64,000 bases of DNA, from assembly GCA_016748015.1 (NCBI GenBank), contig JAAOMT010000258.1, positions 498,173 through 562,172 of the forward strand, written 5' to 3'. The translations under genes were made by a program, and so were the position numbers. The stretch's first letter is position 1, and the number at the start of each line of letters is the position of its first letter. Source of the DNA: Geosiphon pyriformis uo1. Taxonomy: Eukaryota > Fungi > Glomeromycota. The notes beneath the pieces were generated by a model. That model did not search any database. It had not been told where the DNA came from and was given only the letters and a program-made list of their open reading frames with translations. Positions 48,172 through 61,327 of this stretch are shown piece by piece.

Positions 48172-51100
48172 CTGCCATCTTGTCTTCTAACACTGAAGAA
48201 GAGGAAGAAAAAGATGGCCGTGGGACATTCAAAACCATATTAGTATTTGGTAATGTCAATATAGAAACAGGAATGGCTGGAGGTATAACTTGAGTAATAA
48301 ACACTAGGGGCATAAGCTCCACACCATTTAATCTACACATGATATTTGATACTTAATCAGTTAGCAACTCCAAAAAATATTCGAGTGAAGCTAGGCAATC
48401 ATTGATTAAGGATTTACTTTAAACAACCAGCATGTTTCTCTTAAAACCTGAAGAATCAGGAGAAAAAGAATCAGACCTAGCACCAAAGTTGAAATAAAGA
48501 ACACCAAAAGGAGAAGCAAGTAAGACTACTTATGTTTAAGATTTGTTACCAAAGGCAGCAGATCTAGAAATAGGAACACTTTTTTTAGCATACAATTTCA
48601 TTAGCTGAAGACAACAGTCTTCTAAAGTAACTCTTTTAACAATTTTTGAAGGTTTGGTAATGGGTGAAGATGGTACATCACACTCCAGAACTGAATGGCC
48701 AAGAAGACCACATTTTTTACAGTGAACTAAGTCCCATCTAGCCCAAGATAATTTAATACCACCAAATATTAACTCAGTGCAATAAGCAGATTTTATTGTA
48801 TTCTCAGACTCAAAGCCAACCACAGCACAGCAAATCTTATTGCCAGAATTCAATGAACAATTTATAATACAAGTTTTCTCACCAACATCTTCCAAAAAAG
48901 TGCCCAAATCATGAGCAGTCGTTCCCATAAGTAAAGTAAACAACAAAGTCCTGAACCAGTCTCTAGATACCCATATATCACAATCTCCCACAGCCATAGC
49001 CACTCTTATAGAATTTTTTCCAATCAAAAAGAACTATTTAGCAGCTAAATGTTTAGCCTGACCTAGTTCAGCAAATTCTACTACTGCTTTTTGCCATAAT
49101 TTAATAAGTTGAATTTTGATTGACTTAATTTCACCAAACTTGGTTAGTGCAGCAACAATTATTTTTTTAGGCATACTCATGGGAATTTTTTTGATGACCA
49201 CAGCCCGATCTGAACAAACTCTTTGTCTTTTGAGATTACTGTTTATGTTAATCTTTTTTTCTCTGGCCAATAATATGGCTATTTTCATGCTCTTTTCTAA
49301 AGTAAAAGTAGATTAGATGATCTCTTCAAATTTTGAGGGAGTAGTGGCCCCCCCAAAACCATTGACTGTTGAAAAAATTTTTCTAATTAACTGAGTTTTT
49401 GCTGTCACCAATTTTCCTTCTATAGCTGAGAAATTAATATCCAAAGTGAATGACCTTTTAACTAATACTTCCACAAAAGTCTTAATAATCTTTGGGTCAA
49501 TCCACTTCTTTTCAAGGGAGATAGGCAAGCAAAAAGGGAGCACAACTTCATCATCATTTATATGAAAGTTAGGAGAGCCGAGTGGAGAACCAAAACCAGC
49601 ATTAGTGTTGACTTGCTTTGCCTTAGATGTAGTAGCAGCTGAGCCCAAAAGAGACCCACCATTTGCTTCAGACATGCTAACATCCTCATCCTCACCAGAT
49701 AAACTTTTTACATCAGAATAAACACTATTACCAGATCCAGATTTGCTTAAAGATATATCCCTTTTATTACCAAAGTATTTAACATTGCCAAGAACAATTT
49801 TTTTCTTCTGAAAAAAGAAGCCACCAGCAAGACCATAAAAAGTACCCTTAAGAGTCTTCTTCTTAGATGTGGTGCTATTAGCAGTAGCTTTCATATCTAT
49901 ACAAAATGGGTTATTATTAGATAAAGAAATATTGATATAGACTAAAAAACAAAAAAACTTCTTTTTACAGAAAATGTGTTTTTTGAGAATTTTTAGAGGT
50001 AAGAGAGAAAGAAGTTTTTTTTTTTCAATTTTTAAATAATACAAAAAGTTAATATTATAAAATTATTATAATTATTACTTATTTTAAGTTTAAAAATTTG
50101 AAATAAATTAAAAAATTATAAATTTATTAGTTTTTAACAAAAATAAAAATTATTATTATTATTAATTATAATTGAGTTAAAAAAAAATTGTTTTTGTAAA
50201 TTGTGTTTTATTTTAAATAATAAAATTATTATTTTGTTGTAAAATACTTTTTAAAAAAAAAGCTTTTTTTATACAATTTTTTCTATTATTATTTTATGTT
50301 TTTATTAAAATACTTGTTAATTTTTTAATAATAATTGTAAATTTCAGTAAACCAATTTATTATTTTAGTAAATTTTTATTAATTTTAATTTAATTATAAT
50401 ATTTTTTACAATTGTAAATTAATACAAATTATTTATAATAATAATAATTGAATAATTAATGTAATTTGTAAAATAATAAATTTTAAATTGATAATAAAAA
50501 TTAGAAAAAATTTAATAATAAAATTAGATACATTTTTTATATAAAAAAAATTATAATTAATAAATTATTTTGTAATACTTAATTTGAACTGTTTAATATT
50601 AATAATTTTACATATTTTACATTAAAAATCAGTTTAAAATTAAAATTTTATTTTGAATAATATTTATTGATTATTAAATTTTATAAAAAATTTTATAATT
50701 TTATTTATGTGAAAAATTCAAAATTCCACCTATAAATATATAATTCAGCATATTTATCTTAATTTCCTCAAACTTTTAGTAAAAAAACAAAAACATGAAA
50801 AAAAATGGCTATATGAAATCAAAAAATATGCATTTACATAAACACACTTCACGTAATACGAATCATGTATTACCTTGAAAAATCTATGGTGTTACCTATA
50901 CATTAAATTTATTTTATATTTTATAAAATATATAATATTTTTACAAGGTATTTTACAATATTAAAAAATACATATTTTATATTAGTATTGTTTACATAAA
51001 ATAAAATAAAATAAAAAGTGGTATAGTATTCTAATTTTATGAATAAAATATATGTAACAAATATTTATAATTTTATTTTATAAAATACTTAATTTAGAAA

Positions 51101-53337
51101 TTTTTTTCAATAATTATTAAGACCAAATTAACCGCTTCTTTATTATTAAAAAAACAACTTTTTCAATAATAGAAGAGTTTTTTAAAAATGAAACTTCTTT
51201 CTTGAACATGGCACAAAACAGAAAAGCAATTTCTTTCATCTCTCTTCACTATTAATCAACATTGATTACGAAATTGGATATTTTAATGAATATTCAAGTT
51301 TTAGTTTAGTTTAGTATAAGAACGATTCCCAAAGACGCAAATTAAGTGTTCAATATTTTGCAAGAAATGCGTTGTTGAATTTAATCGCATCAAGATTTTT
51401 CCCCAATGGCCATTAATAATTAGGAAATTAAATTTCTTTTCATAGTACACAACATGTGTGACAGTAATAATTATTTGAGCTATGTAGTTATCAATGCCTA
51501 TTTAACTTAACACATCATACTCGATGAGACTAAACTTACGAAAACTCTTGGGAATATATTTAAAATTCTCAACTCTTCGACTTGGAATTTATTTTCAAAG
51601 GAAAAATTATGCCCACAATCTTGTATACCCCATTCAATTAAACAATAGACATTCTGTAGGGGAAAAACTCTCGGGGATAGAATTTCTTTCGAGAAGTTCC
51701 AGTCTTATTTTTGGTGTTTCTCACATGATAAAATATGCATCATACTTTCCCAAAAGAAGCTTTTATCTTTCTGGAATGAATTTAAGGAAAAAAAAAATCA
51801 AAATGATTTCAGAAGTTTCCTTTCTCTTCTTATTTTAGGGTTCTTCTGATTTTAAGGTTCCTGATTGAACACACTAAAATTTTCACTTTAATCAAGCCCA
51901 GCTTTCTTGTATTGGGTGAAATGAATTCAATTCCGAATTCTACCATTAAAAGCTAATATTATTCCCGAATAAAAAATTAAAAAGGTGATCTTTTTATGTA
52001 TATAGGTTAGAGAAATTAAGAAAAATCGGTTTTCCCCTACATTTCTTTGCTTTGCTTTGATCTTTGTTTATTTGATCGAAAGTTCTTTGGATGTACAGCA
52101 GGGGCAGAAATTCCACTTTAAGGTTGTATAATCGGCATGAGATATGCTAACGATTTCGATCAAATAACCTCCTCTGCCTTTTTGTCATTCCAATAAAAAA
52201 AGGTTTAAATCATTAAACTGATATCCTAGATGTGTCTAAATTCTTGAAAGAAGAACATAACGGAAAATTACATAATGTGATACGACTATTTAGAGGGCCG
52301 CGAAGCGGAATTAAAGGTTTAAATTTTTTTACTATTCATTAAATAATTACTTGGGTCAATAAACTGAGAAAATAATTTTAATTGCAATAAAATGAAAATT
52401 AAATTTATTTTTTAGATTGGAAAAATATTTAAATACAATCAAATTTAAATTATTATTTTTTATAAGGAATTTTTGGGGAAATTAATAATTTTTGATGAAA
52501 GAGCCATTTGTTCAAACGAGAAAATGACATACTTTAATGTATCTTATTCTCGCATGCAAAAATTTATTTTGTTAATTTTGCCATAATACCTCCATTCGTC
52601 ACAATACCTCCTTTTACCTTATACCTTATACCTTATATTTTAAATTTTAAATATCTAAAAAGAATTTCAATTAGCATATTTAAAATTGTAATTCTAACAA
52701 TAATTAAATAAAAATCTTTTTGTTTAAGTTGAATTTAAAAGTTTTTTCATCTTTACTAAAAATTAATTTCCTTTGATTTTTTTGGTTACTTTTATAAAAT
52801 GATATGAAAATAAAAACTGTTTTAAAAATCTTTCTATAATTTTTTTTTTTAAAACTTTAAATTGAGTTATTACTGTGAAACTCTCATCCTTTAAAAAAAA
52901 TATATATATATCAATTTTGGATATATAAAACGTATTTTTTGAAAATATTTGGCTTAAAAAAAAATAAATAAATTTGAACTTTATAAATCATGTTAAACAA
53001 GGGATCGTAAATATGACAATGATATACGTAATTTGTTTAATCTCCCGGGCTAATCAAAAAAATCGGAATAAATTTATGTATACACTCGCATATTTTGATA
53101 AGTTTTATCTGAAAATAAACAACTCTACCACCAAACCTAACAAAAATAAGAGAAAATAGCCAAATCAAGCGTCTCAATCTTTACAACTTTAAATATTCCA
53201 TCGAGTTCGGTGAACAACGAAACTGAGTTTCAAACCTCACCAACCCTTTTAACAACCAGATTGATATCGTCTCGAGCTCCTCACAACCAAGCTCTTATTC
53301 CATAACACCAACTAAAAACGAAGAGATAAAACCTAAA

Positions 53338-56300
53338 ATGAAGAAAGCCAACAAAAAAACTAATAAAGATGCTACAAAGCAAAAATTTGTAGAGACTGGA
53401 CAAATAATAGAAAATCCGTTTCCGTTCACCCCTTCATCTCTCACCGCCTTAATCGATCCCAAAAATTTAAATTTGCTGAAAACTTATGGCGGGATTGAAG
53501 GCCTATTGAAAGGCCTTCATACAGATGGAGAACTTGGTCTTAGCAATGACGAAACTTCTCCCCTAGAGCGTAAAACACTCAATGACATTGCCAATGAACC
53601 CAGTCTCGATGAAATAGAGCCAGACGTTAGGGAGGATTCGAAATCGCTCGATAAAATGTTAGTAATTAATCCTAACGAATTAGTCCAAGAAGGAACTCCA
53701 TTTTGGCAAAGAAAAACGATATTCGGTATAAATGTATTGCCTGATAAGAAACGAAAAAGTCTTTTTCGCTTAATGTGGATTGCAATCCAAGACAAAATTT
53801 TGGTTAGTCACTGTGTGTTTTTATATTGAAAATTTTCATTTCTTCGACTCTTCTTTAACATCCCCCACCCCTCCCAAACGTTGCAGATTATCTTGACAGT
53901 AGCAGCTATCATATCCTTAGCTCTCGGAATATATGAGGATTTTATTGCTCCTACTGATGATTCGGAAAAAGGTCAACCAAAAATAAAATGGGTTGAAGGT
54001 GTCGCGATTGTAGTGGCCATTCTCATTGTTGTGATGGTGGGGAGTATAAATGATTGGCAAAAAGAAAAACAATTTCAACGACTCAACGCCAAAAAAGAAG
54101 ACAGAACTGTCAAAGTCACACGTAATGGGAGAGAAGCTTTACTTTCTGTTTTCGATGTACTTGTTGGTGATATTCTACATTTGGAGCCAGGTGATATAAT
54201 CGCGGTAGATGGTGTACTTGTCTCTGGTCATAATTTGCGGTGTGATGAATCAGCTGCGACTGGTGAAAGTGACGCGGTTCGAAAATTTCAATACAAAGAT
54301 TGTGTTCCGATCGTAGATGATTCAAATCCCCGAGGGCTTCAAACAGGATCCAAGGGCGATCCTTTCCTTATAAGTGGAAGCAAAGTTTTGGAAGGTGTTG
54401 GGAGATATGTGGTTACCGCTGTTGGAGCGAATTCTTTCTATGGTCACACATTAATGAGTAAGAATTCAGATCAATTTCTATCTTAAAATTATCATTGACT
54501 TGATGATTTATCAAAAATTCTTTATTATAGCTTTAAGAACAGATTCCGAAGATACTCCACTCCAAGAAAAATTAAACGATCTTGCTGAGAAAATTGCAAA
54601 GTTGGGAGGAGCCGCGGCGTTACTCATGTTGATTGTTTTGATGATAAAGTATTTTGTTAACTTTCGTAATGGGGTTCCAAAAGCCACACAAGCTATTGAA
54701 GATTTGGTACAAATCATTATTTCCGCGGTGACCGTTGTCGTAGTGGCCGTACCCGAAGGACTGCCTTTGGCTGTCACACTTGGTAAGTAAATTAGCCGTA
54801 TTCTTTTCTTGAAATTCTAGATGTAAATTTCAACTAATAAAATATTTTTGGGTAGCTCTTGCATATGCTACAACTCGTATGTTGAAAGACAATAATTTAG
54901 TAAGGGTACTTTCGGCTTGTGAAACAATGGGTAATGCTACTACCATTTGCTCCGATAAAACTGGAACTCTCACGCAGAACAAAATGACTGTCGCAGCCGG
55001 TACAATTGGATTAACATTTGCCTTTGTTAGGGATCCAGAAAGATTTCGTGCATCCGATAAAAACTCATCGCGTAAAAGTATTACCGAAAATTTTATTGCC
55101 ACTGACAATCCAATCTCAATAGGTGAAATAAGGGCATCACTTCCTGCGCCAATCTTAGACTTGTTCAATCAATCAATTTCTATTAATTCGACCGCCTTTG
55201 AGGGTGAAACTGAGGCAGATGGTAAAATCACGTTCGTTGGCTCAAAAACTGAGACTGCACTCTTAGGATTTTTACTAGATATAGGTTTATCTAATTTTAA
55301 GGAATTACGACAAAGTGCCAACATCATTCAATTATTCCCTTTCAGTTCCGATCGCAAAGCAATGGGTGTTGTTGTTAAAATATCAGACTCGAAGTGGAGA
55401 TTTTACGTTAAAGGGGCTAGTGAAGTATTGGTTAGCAAATCGGCAAACGTCGTGATAACAGATCCAAAAACTTCATCGAATGATGATAAATCGGATTTAA
55501 TAATAACGAAATTAACCTCAGAATATACAAACATTATTAACCATATCATCGTAATATATGCCAGTCAAACTCTAAGGACTATTGGATTGGGCTATCAAGA
55601 TTTTGAAGAATGGCCACCAAAAGGGATGCATGTTAATAATGAGGGTGACGTCTTATTCGAAGAATTAGTGGAGAATATTACTTTGCTAGGTATCGTGGGG
55701 ATCGAGGATCCCTTAAGAGAAGGGGTGCGCGAAGCTGTTGAGGAGTGCAAAAAAGCTGGTGTAGTTGTGCGGATGGTTACAGGGGATAATGTTCTTACCG
55801 CCAAATCCATAGCTACACAATGTGGCATTTATACCACAGGTGGTAAGGTCTTGGAAGGTCCAAATTTTCGTAATCTATCTCCACAAGAAATGGAAAATAT
55901 TTTACCTCGACTTCAAGTTCTGGCCCGATCCAGCCCTGAAGACAAGAGAATACTTGTTGCAAAACTAAAGGAACTCGGTGATATTGTGGCTGTGACAGGG
56001 GATGGAACGAATGATGGTCCCGCACTTAAAACCGCAGATGTTGGTTTCTCAATGGGAATTTCTGGAACCGAAGTGGCCAAAGAAGCTTCTTCCATCATTC
56101 TTATGGACGATAATTTTTCTAGTATTGTTAAGGCTATCATGTGGGGTCGAAGTGTGAATGATGCGGTGAAAAAATTCTTACAATTTCAACTCACAGTTAA
56201 CGTTACCGCTGTTTTCTTGACATTTATATCGGCTGTCTCGAGTGGATCAGAAAAATCTGTACTATCGGCGGTACAACTCTTATGGGTCAATCTCATAATG

Positions 56301-57453
56301 GACACATTGGCTGCTCTAGCACTCGCTACTGATCCACCTACTAAAGAGCTTCTCAATCGTAAGCCAGAACCTCGTACAGCACCGCTAATATCTTTTGACA
56401 TGTGGAAGATGATTATTGGTCAAAGCATTATTCAGCTAGTGTTCACCTTAGTGTTATTTTACGCTGGAAACAACATTCTCAAATATAAAACCGAGGAAGA
56501 ACAGAGTAAACTGCCTACTCTCATTTTCAATACATTTGTGTTTTTTCAAATCTTTAATGAAATCAAGTGAGTATCCTGATACCTAATTTCGTGTTATTCT
56601 TTCTATTTAAACATTCGATTCTATTTCTTAATCAATAATATCCATTTCTATTCTTAGTTGTCGTCGTCTGGACCACAAAATTAATATTTTCAAAGGTATC
56701 ACGGCGAATCCATTTTTCATGATAATATTCGTACTGGTAATTGCTGGGCAAATCCTAATTGTAGAGTTGGGTGGTCAAGCATTTCAAGTAAAGCCATTAA
56801 ATATTGAACAATGGGGAATTTCTGTTGGTCTTGGATTTCTCTCAATCCCTTTTGGGGTTGTTATCCGCCTGATACCCAATGAAATGTTTTGGTTTTATAA
56901 ACCGACTACACCCACCCGTCCTGGAACTCTTTTATCTCAAGGATCAATCTATGCTCCGTCTATTGGCGGCATCCCAGCTATTGAGAAACCAATATGGAAT
57001 AAGGCCATCACTGACGTACGAAATGAACTCATCGTTTTCAAGTCCTTACGTGGTGGTCGTCTTCGAGCATCTTTACATTTTCATCATCGAGATAAACCTG
57101 ATACGAAATCTGCATTTGCTGCTGCTACCATGGTGCCAAGTTTAGTGGCCGGATCTGTTGGAGCTGGATGGGCCCCTACATTATTCCGGAGTCCCGGCAC
57201 TTCTAGGCCAGTGAGCAATAATCCAAGTGCGAGTCAATTGGAATTGAGCTCACAGCGGTTGCACTCTTCACAAGGACCCGGAATTCGCCACGGATTGAAT
57301 GAAAGTCACCATCGATTACCGACGCCAGAGGCATCAACATCAACATCGCCTTCATCCCGAAGAGCGCTTGATTCGATGGCTGGTTCCAGTAAGAGTGTAT
57401 TTGAGATGAATGAACTCAACCAGCAACGTAATGACAAGCTCCAAGCAACCTGA
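53338..57453 (+). CDS. PMC1: P2B-type Ca2+-transporting ATPase (PMCA/PMC1-like); exons 53338-53802, 53887-54457, 54531-54782, 54856-56566, 56658-57453 (1264 aa)
   Basis: TGES, VPEGLPLAV, DKTGTLT phosphorylation site, KGASE, TGDN, GDGTND, WVNLIMD; four GT-AG introns join the ORFs in frame; start codon is the first in-frame ATG and is less certain. Confidence 0.95.
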
Positions 57454-58950
57454 TATTTCTATCCTCTGCTGTGGAATTTTTGATCATTTGCTGAAATCGA
57501 AACTTCCACCTGGATTTTAATCAACATGCTCACGAAAATCACCAAGTTGGGAGGGGAGTTCTAGCGTATATATGCGTTTTCGCCAAATGATTATGTTGAA
57601 TGTTACGGATAGGCGATCAAATATCCAATTCTTATTTTGAAACTTTTTTGGGGCATCATCACTATTCTATATCACCTACAAGGTTTCAATGCTATGTGAT
57701 CGATTCCACAATCTAATGTCTTTGTAAATTTTTCTGGAAACTTTCTTCCAAATATCCTGGTTTTATTCGAACTCTCAATCAGTACGTTACTAGCTTTGTA
57801 TAATTTAATTATGGTTTCTTCCCACATGAGCTCGCAATTTAATAACGCCGCGCAAATTTACCAAACTTCTGCGAATTCATGCTTTAATATGTACATTTCT
57901 TGACTCAAGATACTCGAGCAAAAAATTGCCTTTCCCTTGAGATTCCAGATTTTCTCAATAACACTTATGATTTAAAAAGAACTTTCCGACCTATTTTTTT
58001 CAATCGTCTTTTTCTGGCATTCTCAATTTCTAGTTCTAAAAGTGGATAATTTTTTAATTTAGTAAAAATTAGTATGTAATTTTCTTTAATTAAAAAATTA
58101 ATGTTTTCAATAATAATTGTAGAATTACCTTCAGTTCTGAAAAATTATTTTTTTTGTGGTAAAACAATTAAAAATATACATTACAAGGTTGAATGTTGTA
58201 TTATTTTAATTACACAATGTGTTACAAAATCTTTATACTAAATTATTTGTTTACTGATCTGCATTAATTGAATTAAATCACATTATTTAAAAGCTTAAAG
58301 TTACAAGATTTAATTAATGGTAAATTTAATCAAAAATATTTTTGTCTTTATTTTGAATAATAATTAGTTTACATTACTTATGAACTTTTTTAAATTATTG
58401 TTCAGTTAAAATTTTCAATTGATGTTTACTTTTCAATATATGTTTTTAAAAAATTTAAAATAAAAACACTGTTCAAGATTTACTTTAAGCAAAAATCTTT
58501 GATTAGTTTTTAACACATTGGTTAAAAAATTGAAAAGTATTTTTATCAGCAAATATTAAAATTGGTAAATTTTTTTTATAAATATTATGTTTTATATTAT
58601 GTTTATTGAACTATATAAAAATATTATATATTATTATTTTAATATAACTATTAGTTAAAAAAAAAACTTGGACAACTATAGTTAATTTCTAATTTATTAG
58701 AAATAGTTACATTTTTTTAATTAGATAAGTTCAATCAAAAAAACGAAGATTTAATTTTTGTAGATTTTTTATGAAAGTTAAAGCTTTAAATAATAAAAAT
58801 TTATTTTGTGAATTCAATCAAAAATGGGGTTTTTATTAATTCAATTCATGCAATGACTAGATTTCGGAAAAAATGGTTGATGGTCAATATGTTGATAGTT
58901 AGACATATGAAATTGATTTCAACATTTTTAAATATAAATCACAATTCAAC

Positions 58951-59102
58951 TTAACTAAAGCTCCGGACAAGCTGGCTCGAGCAGAGCTATAAGATAAATA
59001 ATTGGCTTGAGCCAAGCCATGATAATAAAAGTATTGGCCTGAGCTGAGTCAAGCTTAATAACTGTTAGCTTGGCTTGGCTTGGCTCAAAACAGCTTAATT
59101 AA
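58951..59102. repeat. Short element rich in GAGCC/AAGCT/GGCTT pentamers, MITE-like
   Basis: GC-richer island with oppositely oriented pentamer repeats and imperfect terminal IR TTAACTAAAGCT...AGCTTAATTAA. Confidence 0.4.
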
Positions 59103-60063
59103 TTTATCTACAAGTTCAAATACGAAATTTTTTGTCACTTTGTTTAATATCTAAAACCTTTCAAAGACTTATGTAGTAAATATTTAAAAAGAATCGTTTC
59201 AAGGTATAATACTAATAGACGAAAGACTATTGTTACTTAGAAAGGAATTGGTAATGGTGTTCCCGATTTCATAGTCGAAAATTCTGTGTGTAACATTAAA
59301 ATAACAAAATCAATTAACTATAGACATTATTAAAAATAATCAGCTATGCTGAATGCGATGAAATGTGTCTTAATTGCGCTTACATCAATTTGTACACATG
59401 AAGTAAATATTTTTTCACCACATATATTCATTTGTGTTTTTTTAGAAAAAATATTATTCATCAGTATTGAATTTTTTGAATAATTAAAAATAAGATTTAG
59501 GTAAAATATATGTAAATTAAGTTTAGATTCAACCTTTTGCTGTCACTTGGTTACCAAACATTTGATTTTGGATTGCTTATTTTGATTCTGATTTTTTCTT
59601 CAAAATATGTCCGATTGCTACAAAACTTGGTTATTGATTTTTTGGTTCGATGCTTTGTTTAATTGATGAAGCGCTAACAAATAACTAATTGAAACGATCT
59701 AAATAAAAGTGCAGTTTATAACTGAGAATCTCATTTTTGTCTAATTTAATAACTCCATAAAAAATGTAAAACATTAGTATTTTTATCATCATTTTTATTT
59801 AAAGAATAATTTTAGAATTCATAATTTTTATTTGAGGATTCAATTAAATACATTTCTATTAACAATATACAAACATTATACAAATATTTGATGAATATAT
59901 AAAATATTCAATTTTGTGTTAAATATACATATTTTATTTTAACTGGTTTTAGCAAAATATGTTTAGGTTTAATAATAAACCATTTTTATTAGATTACTTC
60001 AAATCTTAAAAAACTATTTCTGAATTTTAAAATACCAAAATTTAATCTTAATCTTTATAACTG

Positions 60064-60065
<2 letters not shown>

Positions 60066-60099
<34 letters not shown>

Positions 60100-60103
60100 C
60101 ATT
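60066..60103. repeat. (ATT)n microsatellite
   Basis: About 11-12 tandem ATT/TTA units. Confidence 0.9.
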
Positions 60104-61327
60104 ATATATACATGGCAAAAATTCTCAACTGAACTTTAAAAAGAATTATTTGAATTGTATAAGTTTTTTATATTATGAAATTTTTTATTCGGATCAAATT
60201 TTTTTGTGATTTTTTTGAAAAATAAGATTTTTAATCTGTAATTTGTCTGATAGCTACCAATTGGTTAATAAAAAAATTTTGCCAAAAAAACTCAATTTTT
60301 ATTTGAAATCTCTAAAGTTTATCGAAATTCATGTTTTTGGTTTGGATTAATTAAACTTTAATTATATTTAATCAATTAAATGGTGGATTTTTGCATGATA
60401 AATATGCTGAAATAAATTAAACCACATGTAAAGTTAATTATTTTCAATTTGATTTACCTAATTTTGTGAATTTTAATATCAAATCTTGAATTAATTAAAA
60501 TGGCTAAAAGTGAAAACGTAAAAACAATATGGCTTTTACAAAAATTGATGTAATGTTTTTTAACATAAAACCAAATCAATTAAAAATAAATATGTACTTG
60601 GGATTTTATTACGATATTTGAATTTCCACATAAAAGTGAGTTTTTATTATTTTTAACGTTTCTAAAGAATAATTTATCAATCATCTTAATCAATATTAAA
60701 CTTTAAATGAAGAAATAAAAAACAATTTATTTTTAACTCATTTTTTTCATTCTTGAGTACATAAATTGTTATTTCAAGAATATTCTTTCCAAAAACTCTG
60801 TTGTTTTAAATTTCCAATTTGATCAAAAAATCTAAAATATTCAAAATTTTGAGCCAAAAATAGGAATATTTTCAAGTATTCATCGTAATTATTCTAGCCT
60901 ATTGCCTCTTTGAAGTAATGGATTAAATCTTTTTATACTCGGAGAGTCGTTACATCCGAATTTTGGTAGAGTGCTGTAAAAGGAAATTTGGGTCAATAAT
61001 TACACATTAATTCCAGCTTGTGAATAAGACACTAGAACATATATCCCACAAGATTGTTAGATCTTGTTATTAGCGATGTCCTTACTCCGAAGCCTAAAAG
61101 TCGAATATTTTCAAAAAAATCTTGTTTCAAGACGATGTTTGCGATCTGAAGCCACGATAACTATAAAAAAATCCATTCATTAAGAGAATTCTTTAACTAG
61201 CAGTATCAAGTTCTGGTGGTAATCTAAGTATTTTGTAAATTGAAACTTTTATTTTTTAGAATGGGTCCAGGCCGTTTGAAAATCTAATATATCCTGGATT
61301 CTAGATCTCAAATTTTGGAACTCTCTT

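Larger units (their letters stand above)
41275..49950 (-). mobile_element. LINE 4: near full-length (ORF1 ~49894-47055, ORF2 47058-41415, 3' UTR, poly(A)), interrupted by two solo LTRs
   Basis: CKKCGLLGHSVLEC knuckle; CNIRG, GGNFN, QDMRKAYD, VFVDD, AELQAV, SDSQ; poly(T) on + strand at ~41275-41290. Confidence 0.9.

Noticed and set aside
50150-50600. Possible additional LTR relic
   Set aside because: Only a short AAGCTTTTTTTATACAA-like match in very AT-rich DNA; ends cannot be defined.
51524-51838. 104-aa ORF (and 52974-53159)
   Set aside because: No recognisable motif or splice support; likely spurious.
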